From Azolla caroliniana (lineage: Eukaryota > Plantae > Polypodiophyta), in the NCBI GenBank assembly GCA_043228905.1, contig JBHGNT010000001.1, forward strand, positions 32,116,001 through 32,180,000: a stretch of 64,000 nucleotides of DNA, read 5' to 3'. Below the pieces are notes generated by a model. That model searched no databases, had not been told where the DNA came from, and saw only the letters and a program-made list of their open reading frames with translations. Below, piece after piece: positions 1 to 12,575 of the stretch (position 1 is its first letter; each line of letters starts with the position of its first letter). Made by a program: the position numbers and the translations under genes.

Positions 1-1323
1 CAAGGGCAAACTTTTCACAATTGCCTACCTATTTCAATGCAGAATACATGGAATCAATATGAACTATCAAAGTGATTGTAGAAACCATCAATGAAATTCT
101 TCCTTGCATTTAAATTCTGTTTCTTTTCTGGCTGTAAGAAATTCAGATACAATGTTTTGTTACTGTGTTTGAAGTCCAACCAAACCTTTGCATCGATGTT
201 TGTGGTCATCAGCTCGTCTCAAACATTTTCATAACTCGACCATGTTGAACCCAATGTTTTAGATGTGTAATCTGAGGTGACGTGTGAAAGCAATCTGTAT
301 GCCAAAGTATATCACATCCCTATGATGGCACATAGGCCACAAAGTGCATATTGACTAATGTTAAACTTTTGTTTTTAATTAGGGTTTATTAAGAGCTTCT
401 TCCATGAGGCTAACCATTTGATGAGTGCTATGTAAATGATTCGCATTTTTAGTTTGACGTTTGTGCACAGCAATTTGTTTAAAGATTCATATGTAGCAAC
501 CACATGAAGTTTTTGTGACCTTTACTAATACCTTGATAAAGCCAATGTGGTGCTTTTGTTACTTTACAAGTCATAAGTTGAAATATTTAGGGAAAAAATG
601 ATAAAACATTGAAGACGATACCATAAAAGCAATAAGGGCGACCTTTTTCTTTTGTTATTGGTATATATATGCTTCGCCAGATTGTAATTCTCCATGGAAG
701 GAGCAAGGTAGAGCATTTTGTTTCATTGACACCAAGAATAGTCTAGAGAGAGAATTTGTTTGGTTCACTTGTATTTCACATGTGCCACTCATGTACTTAA
801 TGCATACCTATAGACTTATCGTTTGTTATTATATTGTTCTTTATCTTTGGGATGTACATAGCCACAAGTCTTGAGCATCCCCAAGGTACTTCCAAGCATG
901 TGTGCGTGTGTATGGATGTGGATTGAACATGGATATAGCCAAACACCAAAAAATAACAAAGATAGAATTTCGTAATGGATGGAACGAACTCGGAAGTACA
1001 TCGGAGCCGTGATCGGGAGTGATGTGAGCCAATGTTCTTAGATTAGATCCGAATGGGCTTTTGGCACTATTCATGTAGAAGAGTTCCATGGTGCTGTATG
1101 TTATGTATGTATAATGATTGTGTGGCCCCTCCAATGAGTTAAAAACTTAAAGAGTGAGGGAAGAAGAGGAACAGACATTCAACAATTGGCATTGGATTGA
1201 GGTGAGCGAGCATGGATTATTATTATTACTATGGTGGTGGTGGTGGTGGTGCTCTGTTACTGACTGATTACCATGTATGTATTGAGCTATATAGCTCGCT
1301 CTTTACTTTGTTAGAGGAGAGAG

Positions 1324-3969
1324 ATGGTGGGATTTGCGAAGCCCAGCAGGGGCAGCACCACTCCCCATCTCTTCGTAGCCAATTGTGGGCCTGCCCTCGG
1401 CCTTCCTCTCTCGCAGATCCGTGATGCCTTCTTCTCCTTCGGCCCTATCTCTGATGTCTGTCTTGCCGATGCCTCTGGCTGCCGTGTCATCGTGTCATTC
1501 GATCGTGCCGCCGATGCCGAATCAGCCCTTGCCACACTTAACACCCTCCCTTGTCCCTCCCTTGGGAACCGCATCCTCCACATCCAGTACTCGATGGCCC
1601 GCCCTAACCCCGTCGACAAGGTCAGTTAGACATTCTTCTTCTTCTTCTTTGATTTGCATAACTAGTTTTGATGTTACCCATAAACAACATGATATGACCA
1701 TAACTAAATTTGTAGGCCAAATTGCACCCGTGTGTTTCTCTTTCAGCAGCTCATACTGGCATACCTGGCCTTTTTTTATACCAAGATTTCATCACAGAGG
1801 AAGATGAACAGGTTAGTTTGTTTATTTGTACACAATCTTAGAAACCCATAACGTTTGTTTCATTGGCTGGGAAGTGCAAGAAGCTCACTGTTTGGAGTTG
1901 ATAGGAGCTTCTTCGTGCTGTTGATGAAAGACCCTGGCAGCATCTCTCAAAGAGGAGAGTGCAACACTATGGTTATGAGTTTCAGTATAAGGTGATGAGA
2001 GCCCATGTACTACTTGTTGTCTTCACAAATGATGTAGCCGTACTCCCTTTCTGTTTGTTTGTGAATCTGGGTTATTTTTCACTTCACAGACAAGGAATGT
2101 TGATGTTAATGAAAGCATGGGTAAGCTGCCAGATTTCACCTCCTCTGTCATTGCGAGGATATCGGCTTTGCCTCCATTGGCGAATGCAACAGAGGCTTCA
2201 TTGCCTTTAGATCAGCTCACAGTAAGTTGTTATAAAGTTGCATACTAGCCAGGATGAAATCTGGGTATATTTTTAATGACGGTTGTTTGATGCTCAAGAC
2301 TTATGGTGATACAAGCACAGGTTAATGAATATCCATTAGGTGTGGGGCTGTCTCCTCATATTGATACACACTCTGCTTTTGAAGGGGCCATCATCTCACT
2401 CTCATTAGCCGGAACGTGTATCATGGAGTTCCGGAAGTACGATATTCTTCCAAATTCTCTTCCTTCAGTGGATGAGAAATTCAAGAGAAAGACTTGTCTG
2501 AATGGTAGTTCCTCCGCTGAAGCAGATCATCATGTAGATGAGGCAAGTGGAAGGTGCCTTTTCCAACGGAGATCCATATTCCTTCCAGAAAGATCACTGT
2601 TGGTGCTTCTTGGCGAAGCACGGTATATGTGGCATCATTACATTCCCCACCACAAGGTTTTGATACCTGCCTTCATCATGTTGTTTGATTTTGTTTCTAT
2701 ACGGTTATTTTGATTGTGCTGTATAATGCATGCATTTGTGGAATACTTTATATTTAATCTATTCATTTATAGTAGGGCTGATGATTGCTACTTGTTAAAA
2801 GAATGGGGCATCACTGCATTCTACATTTTTAGAAATCTATCTCCACTTACCTCGAGTTCCCATAGAGTGGGCACATTATGATGACTGTTTTCTTAAGACT
2901 AATTGTGATTGGTGATCAAGTTATGTCATCCACATCTGTTTTCATGTGCTTCCCCTCCTTCAGAGATATTGATGTGTTTGTATGTTTTATGTAGGTATAA
3001 CAATATACTCATGAGATTAAATACAGCTATGTTCGAAGAAGCACATCTAGATTAAGTTTATTTGAAAAAGTTCTGATTGAACTTGAATACAAGGCCGAAA
3101 AATAAACAAACGTCACTCCTCAACAAAATGACAATGATGCATCTGAATAACAGATTAAAAACTTTATGATTTGAGTTCCTATTTATAGGAGCAATACCCT
3201 CTTTAACAACCTCGAGTATGGAGGTTGATCTCAATTTGCATCGCATCATCCTCTTTTCCTTCTAATTACTGTCGCCAAGCAGATCAAGGCCATGATGCTT
3301 AATTCTTGGAGCCTGTGGGTAAGTTTTAGGTGCAATGGCCACCAAAGCACAGTTTTAAAGGAATTACATAGAAAATAAGAAGCTGGAAACCCAGTTAAAG
3401 GGAAAGGAAACTAAAAGAACAACTACCAAAGTTCCATTTTGTGCCTTGGAATAAAGCATTGTTTCATGCAACTATGGTAACCTTTACAAAGTTACTTTGC
3501 TCTCATGTTTATTGCTCTGCAATTTAGAAGAACTAACTATAAATCTGAGTTTTAATCTCTTTTGATCAAACTTATTAGTTTTTATTATGTTAGGATGCAT
3601 AGTTTGTATCTCTTGTGTTCTAAATCCGATAAGGTAATGCTCCTTGCAGGTCGACATTATTGGTGAAAGGAACGTGCAAAGGAAGCAAAGACGAGTTTCT
3701 TTTACGTTCCGCAAGGTTAGTGCTCCATTTTCATAACTGTAAAGTGTTTGGGCTCTCTATTTTATGGAAATACATCTTCTTCTTTTTAATTAACGGTAGG
3801 CTAGTCAAGGTAAATTGAGGATTCCTGTAGTTTCTTATCATTTTGGAAATTATTATTATCCTGGATATGAACAGCTTGATTTAGTTTTTGATAGGTTCGA
3901 AATGGACCCTGTAGATGCAGCTTTCCAAGCGTTTGCGACTCCCAGTTATCATCATTACAAACTCCTTAA
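1324..3969 (+). CDS. ALKBH8: AlkB homolog 8 (RRM + Fe(II)/2-oxoglutarate dioxygenase; tRNA wobble-uridine hydroxylase-like), 7 coding exons
   Basis: In-frame GT-AG exons: 1324-1620, 1716-1811, 1905-1991, 2090-2221, 2321-2656, 3650-3715, 3895-3969. Motifs: N-terminal RRM (LFVANCGPALG), RRVQHYGYEF, DQLTVNEY, HID plus HYIPH iron ligands, RVSFTFRK, and C-terminal CRCSFPSVCDSQ zinc motif. There is no methyltransferase domain, as in plant ALKBH8. Confidence 0.93.
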
Positions 3970-6908
3970 GAATAGAACATAGACAAAATGCTGATGGGAA
4001 GCACGAAATTTATTTATCATCTGAAAGCCGAAGGCAAGGATGATGAGGGGTTGCTATGCTCTTACTCAACCATCGCGGATATTCATAAATGTATGCATGT
4101 GCCTTCAATATGGTAATTTAAATTTTGCTATAAATGTCTTTTTGAGCTCTTAGTTTCTGAACGTCGTTCCCATCTCTTAATACTTTTCTTGTTAAACATT
4201 TCTTGGGAAGGTCATGTATTCCTTCTAGTTCCATCTTTCGAAGCATATTCAAACTTTGGGAGTCTCTCATGTACACTCACGTGATATTTAAATCCCAGAC
4301 AATATGAGTTGTTCCAAGTGAGCAGTTGAGCTCACGGCCAAATATCAAGATTTGATTCTCCTAATCTCATTTATTTTGTCAAGATATATTCTTGTCTAGT
4401 GGTCAAGTCATCATCAACTTTATATGATCATTGTTAAGTCTTAATGCTCTAATTTGAGTTAAGATTCTTCATGAAGTTTTGTTGGTTATTCTTACATCAA
4501 ATAGGCTCAGCATAGCTCTGAAAATCCTTGAAGAATCATGTTTGACATTTGATAAGAGTTCCCCCTTTTTGTGAGGTCTTTGCATGTATTTCAAATCATT
4601 TCTAGCAATGTCCCATCATGTGTGACACCCAAACAAAGCAATTTCTTGTCTTAAGAGATGGTATCTTTGGAGAGTATTAACTTTTTGAAGGGCAATTACA
4701 CAAAATCGTACTACAAAATATTAGACACCATTTAGTACCAACGCCACACCAAGAGTATCTGTAAGATGGAATCAAACAATCCTTGTCACAATATTTGTGT
4801 AGATTACCCCATATCTAAGCAAGTGGCAACACAAGCTTGAGGTCAATCATTTGGCCATGTTGATGAGGCATCACCATCTTCCATGGCAAAGAGTTTCATG
4901 TTGTCATCAACGAGCTTGATGTTTTTCAAAAATCCCTATGGAGCCAATTTCCAAACATGGTTCTTAAATACATCACCTTTTGTATTTCATATTTTGAATC
5001 ATCTACAACCCATATTAATACAAGTTGAGTGTAACCTTAGAAGGCTTACTTTATTATAGATGAAATGACAACAATGTCCACAATTTGTAATCATTGCAAT
5101 GTGCGGTTTTAAACTATAGATCGTTGATATTTTTGCCAATGATTGGGTGAAGATCACTTCACGTCTAGTTTTATTCAAACGATTGACATTAGAAACCTAT
5201 GTATGGAATTCACCACTTCCAACACATGAAAGAATTAAGGACTTACGTTGTGCAAGGACATTCAACATGGGCATTTCAATGATAAGTATTGAAGCAATAC
5301 TTCCATGTACATGATACTTGGTCTCAAAAGGAAGAAATGTATCACGAACCTTGAAGTTGGCATGAAGCTTCAAACTTGCTCTAGAAATCTAAAATTTGGG
5401 GACAATTTCACTCTTTCAAGGAGGTCTAGGTTTTGAACAAAATAATGTAATTGATGCTCAATCATTGTAAGAAAATGTGTGGTTAATGGAGAGATCATTA
5501 AAAAAATGCCTACATGGAGGCCCCTACAATAAATATGCGAATGGAATGGAACTTCAGAAATCACTATGAAGACCCAAACAAAAGAGTGTGAGTGCCTATT
5601 TTAGAAGACAAATGGTGTAAAAGTGCAAAATACACACACAATACCACCCAAAGACACCTTGGGCATATCATTCCTATACACCAAATGGAGGAAGAAAGAA
5701 TAGAATATCATAACCAACCATTTTGTATTAGTGTAGGCATAAGACACCAAGTGGTAATGTAGAAATGGTGCCTTGTATGAATAATGTACATGGAATAGAT
5801 GTATGTCGTGGATGAAATGTGAATGGTTACCTACAAAGTAGAAAAGTGAATAATTAAATTGCGTCAATTGGAAAGAGGGAATATATTGAAACCTATGAGA
5901 GATGCAAAATATGGCATACAAAAGTGGCAAAAGAGTGAAGACTCATATGAGATAACTAACTTGAATGATTAAGTAATCCGAGGATGAGACTAAAGAAAAC
6001 TTTTTGAGAAACTCGAAAGAAGTCAAAGGATCACCGCCTTTTTATAAAGTCTTTTTATTACTTTATTCTTCTTCATTATATTCATTCTCATACATGACAT
6101 GGTTCACCATAGGTAAGTTTGTTCCATCTTTTTTAAATGTTAATTACATTTGTGGTTTCTTAAGGGAGAAATTTGTGATGTGATGCATGTGCAACATTGG
6201 AAGGATATAGTAAAAATGTGCTTGCCAATTACATACCATCAATCAATGAAGACCTTTTCACATTAGAGAGACAAAGATTGATTTCACCTTTTGAACCCCC
6301 ACATTGTTTTGTGCGTGTCAAGAACATTGTGGGCAGAAGAAATGTCGCTTTTCAATTTGCTTAGTTGTGTTTACTTATAGAGTTGTAAGCATGTGACGAG
6401 ATGCTTAGATTCTTTAGTATATTGCTAGCTCGTCAAATTTTGAGATGTTAAAGTTGGGAAAGACAGTGTTCCGCTCCAAAAAGGTCAAAAAGCGATAGTG
6501 CATCAACCGATGCAACTTTTAAAATACGAGCGTGGGAATGCGAATCTTCATGCATATATATCTTGATGCATGTAAGGAAGGAATAAAAAACACTTGGGGA
6601 CAAGGGGATGAACAGCTTGGATGCTAGATGTTGAGGGGGCAAGGGACGAGCCTATTAGGGCACACAATCAAGTATTAAAGAAATCGCTCTAGCATAATCA
6701 AATATGGCATTGTTGCCATGATGTTGACATGAGACGGCGAGGCAATGAGCTGGATGAAACACTTCCGCGAAAAAAGGCGTGAAATGAGCAACGAATGGAT
6801 CGACCCAAAAGAAACAAACAGAGTCGCACCAAACCATTAAAACCCGACACACATACAAACACACAAACACACCACAAGAGAAAGAAAGAACTCGCCCCAT
6901 CCCCCACC

Positions 6909-6915
6909 TATATAA
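6909..6915 (+). promoter_or_regulatory. Candidate TATA box of the EXORDIUM-like gene
   Basis: TATATAA lies about 130 nt upstream of the ATG at 7041. Confidence 0.5.
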
Positions 6916-7040
6916 CCTAAAGCCAAGAAGAAGAAGGGTTCCTAAGTGTATGTGTGCATAGATTCTTTAGAGCCATAGATAGGACATTGGCATTACATGC
7001 ACACATCTTGACTCCAAAGCACATTGTTAGCCAAGAAAAC

Positions 7041-8072
7041 ATGGCAATCCTTCTTCAACTACGGGTGTGTTTGTCGGTATTCGGGGTCATTAGCATTCTC
7101 CTCATCCACAAAGTAGCGGCCTTGGGCGGTGTAATCCGTCCCTACAACTTTAGCCGGGTCGATGCCAATGCCCAGATGATGTTTCTGGTGCCCACGGCCT
7201 CGCCCACACTAACCTATCACGGGGGCGATCTCCTCACCCAAAGTAGCATCCACGTCCACATCCTGTGGTACGGGACCTTCTCCCCGGCCCAACGAGCCGC
7301 CATCACGGACTTCGTGGCCTCCTTCTCGGGCAGTGCCGGTGCCAGTGCCACCCAATCCCCGTCCGTCTCCTCCTGGTGGACGAACATTGCCAGCCTCTAT
7401 AGAGACTCCTCACAGACCCCTGCCGCCTCCTCTTTCAATCTCGGCACCGTCGCGTCTGACCCTTCCTGCTCTTTGATGGGCAGAAAGCTGGCCGATTCTG
7501 ACCTCGCCATCCTCGTCTCCAAATCCATCTCCACCCAAGGCTTCCTCCCAAACCCTTCTCCTGCCAACGCCGCCATCTATGCCATCTTCACTGCCCAGGA
7601 TGTGCTGGTGGAGGACTTCTGCATGAACTCGTGCGGCACGCACAGCAGCACTGCCACCGTGGGCGGGGCCCGGGTGCCTTTTCTGTGGGTCGGGAATCCG
7701 GCCACGCAATGCCCTGGGCTGTGCGCCTGGCCATATGCCGTGCCTCAGTTCGGGCCACCGCGTCCGGCCCTGTCACCTCCCAATGGGGAGGCAGCAACGG
7801 ATGGAATGATCATCAATCTAGCACTGCTGCTGGCCGGGACGGTGACGAACCCGTTCGAGACCGGATACTTCGAGGGGGATGCCAGTGCGCCGCTGGAGGC
7901 TGGGAGCTCCTGCCAGGGGATCTATGGCAAGGGCAGCTATGCAGGCTACCCCGGGCAGCTCCTGCAAGACAAAGACTCCGGGGTAAGCTACAATGCAATT
8001 GGGGCGAACAACCGCCGATTCTTGCTGCCCGCGCTGTGGAATCCTACCACTCAAACTTGCCAGCCCTTATGA
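7041..8072 (+). CDS. EXORDIUM-like / phosphate-induced protein 1 (PHI-1) family secreted protein, single exon
   Basis: ATG at 7041 is followed by a hydrophobic signal-like segment. Family motifs: LTYHGG, ILWYGTFSPAQRAAITDF, SVSSWW, FCMNSCGTH, WVGNPATQCPGLCAWP, PPNGE..DGMIINLA, VTNPF, CQGIYG..YPG, FLLPALWNP. Confidence 0.95.
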   Translation: MAILLQLRVCLSVFGVISILLIHKVAALGGVIRPYNFSRVDANAQMMFLVPTASPTLTYHGGDLLTQSSIHVHILWYGTFSPAQRAAITDFVASFSGSAGASATQSPSVSSWWTNIASLYRDSSQTPAASSFNLGTVASDPSCSLMGRKLADSDLAILVSKSISTQGFLPNPSPANAAIYAIFTAQDVLVEDFCMNSCGTHSSTATVGGARVPFLWVGNPATQCPGLCAWPYAVPQFGPPRPALSPPNGEAATDGMIINLALLLAGTVTNPFETGYFEGDASAPLEAGSSCQGIYGKGSYAGYPGQLLQDKDSGVSYNAIGANNRRFLLPALWNPTTQTCQPL

Positions 8073-9533
8073 GAGAGGATAGGACCCCATCCCATGTCTG
8101 AGCCAGTGGACCTGGGGATCAATCATCATCTATGGTCTCTGTCTTGCTGCAGCTCATCAAACACTTCATTCATTCTTCCATTTCTTTATTTCTTTTCTTT
8201 TCTTTGATCTAGTTCTAGTAATGATAGTCCCAAGGTGGAAATCTGTATGCTAAATAACTTGGAACTTCAGCAGTGCCGCTATTATATTGCCCATTTGGTG
8301 TTATTGTTCTCATAGCTGGTCTCCGATTTGTTATGAAGCCATGATGTTTGTTTCCATGGTAAATTCGGGCCTTGACCTTTCCAACGTAAATATTTCTCCT
8401 CTTTGAGATCATTGTCCATGATCTCATACTAAAATCAGAAGTAAATGCTTTCTTTCCCAAGTTTAAATGCAACATCTCAAACTAATAAACATTGTTGAGG
8501 AAATTATGAAGTTGAATTATGCTGAACGAAAATCATGAACATATTTTCTTGAGAATTGGAACCAGATACTTATGGTTGCTACAAAGGATACATTAGATTT
8601 ACCGTCGATTTTCAAAAGGATCGATCATTTCATATGATCAAAATGATGACGTGTAGAGATCATTCAAGCCTTATCACGATACTACATGATCACTAATATC
8701 TATTCCTATTAAAAGCTTAGGTAAGTACAATTATTGCTTTTGTCGATGATACTTTCTGGTCTTGCCATTGCGAGGCAAATATGCCATATATGAATGAATG
8801 AGAAGAGACAGCTCAGATTAATGCAATGTGAGATGACCACAATGGAAATTTGAATAATTGGCTTTCCAATTTCCAAAGATGGGATTAGTATGGGGATGAG
8901 CAAAGGATGTCCTTCCTGCGATGCATGCAATTAGCTGAAGAATGGTGTTAAGTGCAGGGATTTTAGTTATTGGGGGGAAGAGGGTGGATGATTAGATTAC
9001 CTGGCTGCCATGGAGTATTCAGGTAAGTGGGGGTAAGAGAGATTAGGTGCGGTCAGATATTAGTAAATTAATCATCATGTTCAATAAATATGTACTCATT
9101 TGTGTAAAACTCAGTGTAAAAGTAGAGCTTACTCTCTGTAATTACAAACTCTGCTAACAAAGCATAAAGTTCATATCAGTAACCTTGTAAACATAAATTT
9201 ACTGAATTTTGATGGTTCTACTATGCATCTAAATAGCAGAGTGAGAATCAAACACAAAGGTAGATAAAAGTGTATTAGAGGTCTCTTCATTCTGGTTGTT
9301 GCAATTATATGTCAAGCAGCATTGACTTTCTCATTCAAACTTGTTCATTCATTTGTAAGAAACCCATGTACATCATGAGTAATAGTTCAAAGAACATTTA
9401 CTTCTTAATTATCAAGCGGGTATGATGGTGTACAATGATCAACAGTTGACGATTTTTCAAAATAATCTAGTCCCCTTAGAAGGGAAAAAGTCTCAAAAAG
9501 AAATCAGAAGAGCTTCCTCGGAAAAAAAATGTG

Positions 9534-11059
9534 TTACTTGGAGATAAAGCTCTGGACATTCCTAAGCCATCTTGAATACTCTCGCTGTTCCTTGTGATAC
9601 ATGTAAGTTAAGATAAATGAGCCGAATTTACCATCAATCCCACGTGTCTTCAAAAACTTGTTAAATCCTTTCTGAACATTACTATCCAGATCCCTAAAAA
9701 CCAGTACATTAATCAATGCAAATAGTTGAGGATACAAATACGAATATTTATTTGGAGAGTAAAACAAGCGTATTTACTTAATATTATGCGACTAAAACAA
9801 AGAAATGAAAATGGAAACTTACTCAAATTGCGGTCCTTCATATGCAAGGTCTTTAACCCCTGTTGCCACTTCCTTGTACATAACATGATCTATAACTGGT
9901 TCTTCTCCATATGTAACACATCTTATCTCTAAATATGGATCATCCCCTCCTTTAGATATTTTAACAGTCATATCAACTAACTGTGATGGAGCACCTTCTG
10001 ATTCATCCCCTTCTTCTGGGGGTTCAGGATATGGTTGCACCTTGAACAAACATGAGACCTTGATATCTTCATTGTTATACTTCCTGTGTAAAAACACCTC
10101 TTGAGCACCAGCCTTGTCATCTATGGTAAATGACTCAGGCGGCACTTTGGATTCCATCTGCATTCGAATAATGGTATTTTATATCTCATAGAAATAGAGT
10201 ACAACAAATCACTTGCAGTGTTTAGTTATTTTTCAAATTATGAGATCAAGTGATCTGTTAGAAAGGCTTCATTACTATTTCGAATTATGCGGGCACTACG
10301 TCATATCTGAGTGGCAGGAAAAATCCTTAAAACTTTCCCCAAAAAGAAAATTTTCACGGGAATAACATATCCCTGTTAATGGCAAGTATCAACCATATTG
10401 AGCTGGATTAGCAAAAGCTGTCTGACATTGTAGCTTGTGATTTCTTTACCATTTTGAGGGATATGATCAAGCAGCATGCTTATTAACCAAGTATGATATA
10501 TTGGATCCACTCAAATGTGTATGAATGGCTCTCATGTGAGGTACCATTTAATCTCATACGTAATTACAGACGGTAAAAAACTAATCAAACCATCTACTGA
10601 ATATTCAAGGTGTCATGGAAATCTCACATAATAAAAATCCTTTTAAAAAACCTGATATTATGGGAAGTAATGATAAAAAGCTAAAAGACTAATAAAACTG
10701 TCCGATGAGTATTGCAGGTTACATGGAAACCTAACAGATAGGAAAGAAGAAATAAATAAAGAAAAAGGAAACATCTTCATAATACTGAGCGGGTATAAAC
10801 TAACCTCAGAGGCTTTATCTACTTTCTTTTCGTGCTCGATCTCTTCTTTTAGGATGCGAAGGAGCTCCATGTCTCCACCAGAGGGGGATGCAAAACAACG
10901 CTTCAGCTGAAGAAGAGGTAACGGTTGGTAGGTATAACCGAAATTTAGAGGGATCTGTTGAGGCGGAAAAGTCTCAGATAACACACGTGCTCGTGAGAGA
11001 CGGCCATACGCAGAGGCAGACGAAGAAGAAGCACGACGTAGCATTTGAAGCATCGCCAT
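9534..11059 (-). CDS. Mitochondrial glycoprotein (MAM33/p32 family), 3 exons
   Basis: Exons 11059-10805, 10157-9823 and 9693-9534 join in frame with GT-AG sites. It has an R/S-rich presequence, LLRILKEEIEHE, FTIDDKAGAQEVFL, YEGPQFEDLD, FLKTRGI and YMYHKEQREYSRWL. Confidence 0.92.
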
Positions 11060-12575
11060 GGATTCTTCAGAGAAGTGAGGAAGAAGGGTTTGTTTTGTCT
11101 TCAGTCACAGAAGGACAGAGTAGGAGCAGCAGCATTTATACAAATTCCAAACGATACCCCTCCTCAGTTCAGTACCCTTAAAACCTAAAACCCCGATCGT
11201 CTTCTCTCTTTCTTCTTCATTCTCTCCAAACATTTCCTATATATATTTACCCCTCAACATTCTCCTCCAAATTTCGACTTTCTTTGGATAATGATTCTTA
11301 TCTTGGAATTTTGTGTTTATACCTGTTTGTGCACTCTAACGGTTTCGATTCTTGTGAATTTTATCTCGACATGTTTATATATGTATGCGTGGACATGATG
11401 ATGGATGAATTTACACGGACTTTGAAGAGTTAGAATCATGGACCATCTGCTTAGGCACTTGCTCTTTGCGAGCATAATAAAAGGGATATAACCTTCTCAA
11501 TAGGAAAATTGTAGAGGTGTGGGGTTTTAAATAAGTAATCATCCATGTTAAGGAGATAAGTGAATACACTATTTGGTTTTGCTTGTGGATGGACCATGGA
11601 CCATAGACACCAAATATTTTATCCCACATTGCAAACCATATATTTGATTGTTGCTATCATCTCGAATTTGGGTATTATGATACACCTTATTTTGGGATGG
11701 AAATCTCTAAAAAAGCTTTTGGACGAAAACACTTTGGATATGATACTCTTCCTTCTATGAGTTCAAGTGGCATTAAACAATCACGTAGGGATCATTAAGG
11801 TGATTACTTAAAAGGATGTGAATGGATACCTATGTTCTCTTGAGTCTTGTCCATACTAGGTAGGAGGCGAAGAAATATGGAGCCAACTAGCACAAAAGGA
11901 AAGGACAATAAAGAGAGATAGTGCTTTCATTGTATTTACGTGATCCTGTTTGGGTTATACTCTTTCAAAGGCCACAAAAGATGATCAAGCTCGTTGAAGC
12001 TATCATCGTCACAATCTCAAAAAGATACAGATGAGTTTGCTGAGAAAGTAGCAGACACTCAAGGTTCCATTAGTAAGGCAACGAGCCTTTGCTTTAGGGT
12101 TGTGCACAGTCGAAGATTTACCTAAAAGAACATGTGCCGCATTTTTATATATACATTAAAACCACAAGGGGATCGACAAAAGAGAGAAGTAACCTCATGA
12201 TGCATCAGGTGGAGGAGCCATTGGTTGAGGAGCCATCGGTTGAGGCAAAACGTTACGTGGTACACGATCAGGGCCTCTTGTATGATGATTTCATATGTGT
12301 GAGTGTAGTGGGTAATGTTTCGTCATTCATGGGTAAAAAGTCTTGGAGAGGGATTTGTTGGATAGATTGAGGGACCATGAGAGGGATTTGTTGGATAAAT
12401 AGTCCAATATGTTTCGGATCAAAGCATCTATAACATGCCCGATCCCCTCTCTCATGGTCATACATACATACATATATGGATGGACACACCAAAACTTAAA
12501 GTAAGTAAGACTTCTCATGTGTGTCCATCCATCCATCCATCGTGTACAACATATCTCGCCCAGGAAGAAGGAGCC

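Noticed and set aside
1212-1424. MDYYYYYGGGGGG ORF overlapping the ALKBH8 start
   Set aside because: It is produced by (TAT)n(GGT)n microsatellites, and nothing shows that it lies within the transcript.
4400-5560. Semi-open minus-strand frame that may be an old transposon relic
   Set aside because: There are too many stops and no diagnostic motif or termini, so it cannot be assigned without a database search.
7041-8101. High GC, no introns and overlapping ORFs at the EXORDIUM-like gene (possible horizontal transfer or antisense genes)
   Set aside because: This plant family is typically intronless, and the alternative ORFs are shadows of GC-rich codon usage.
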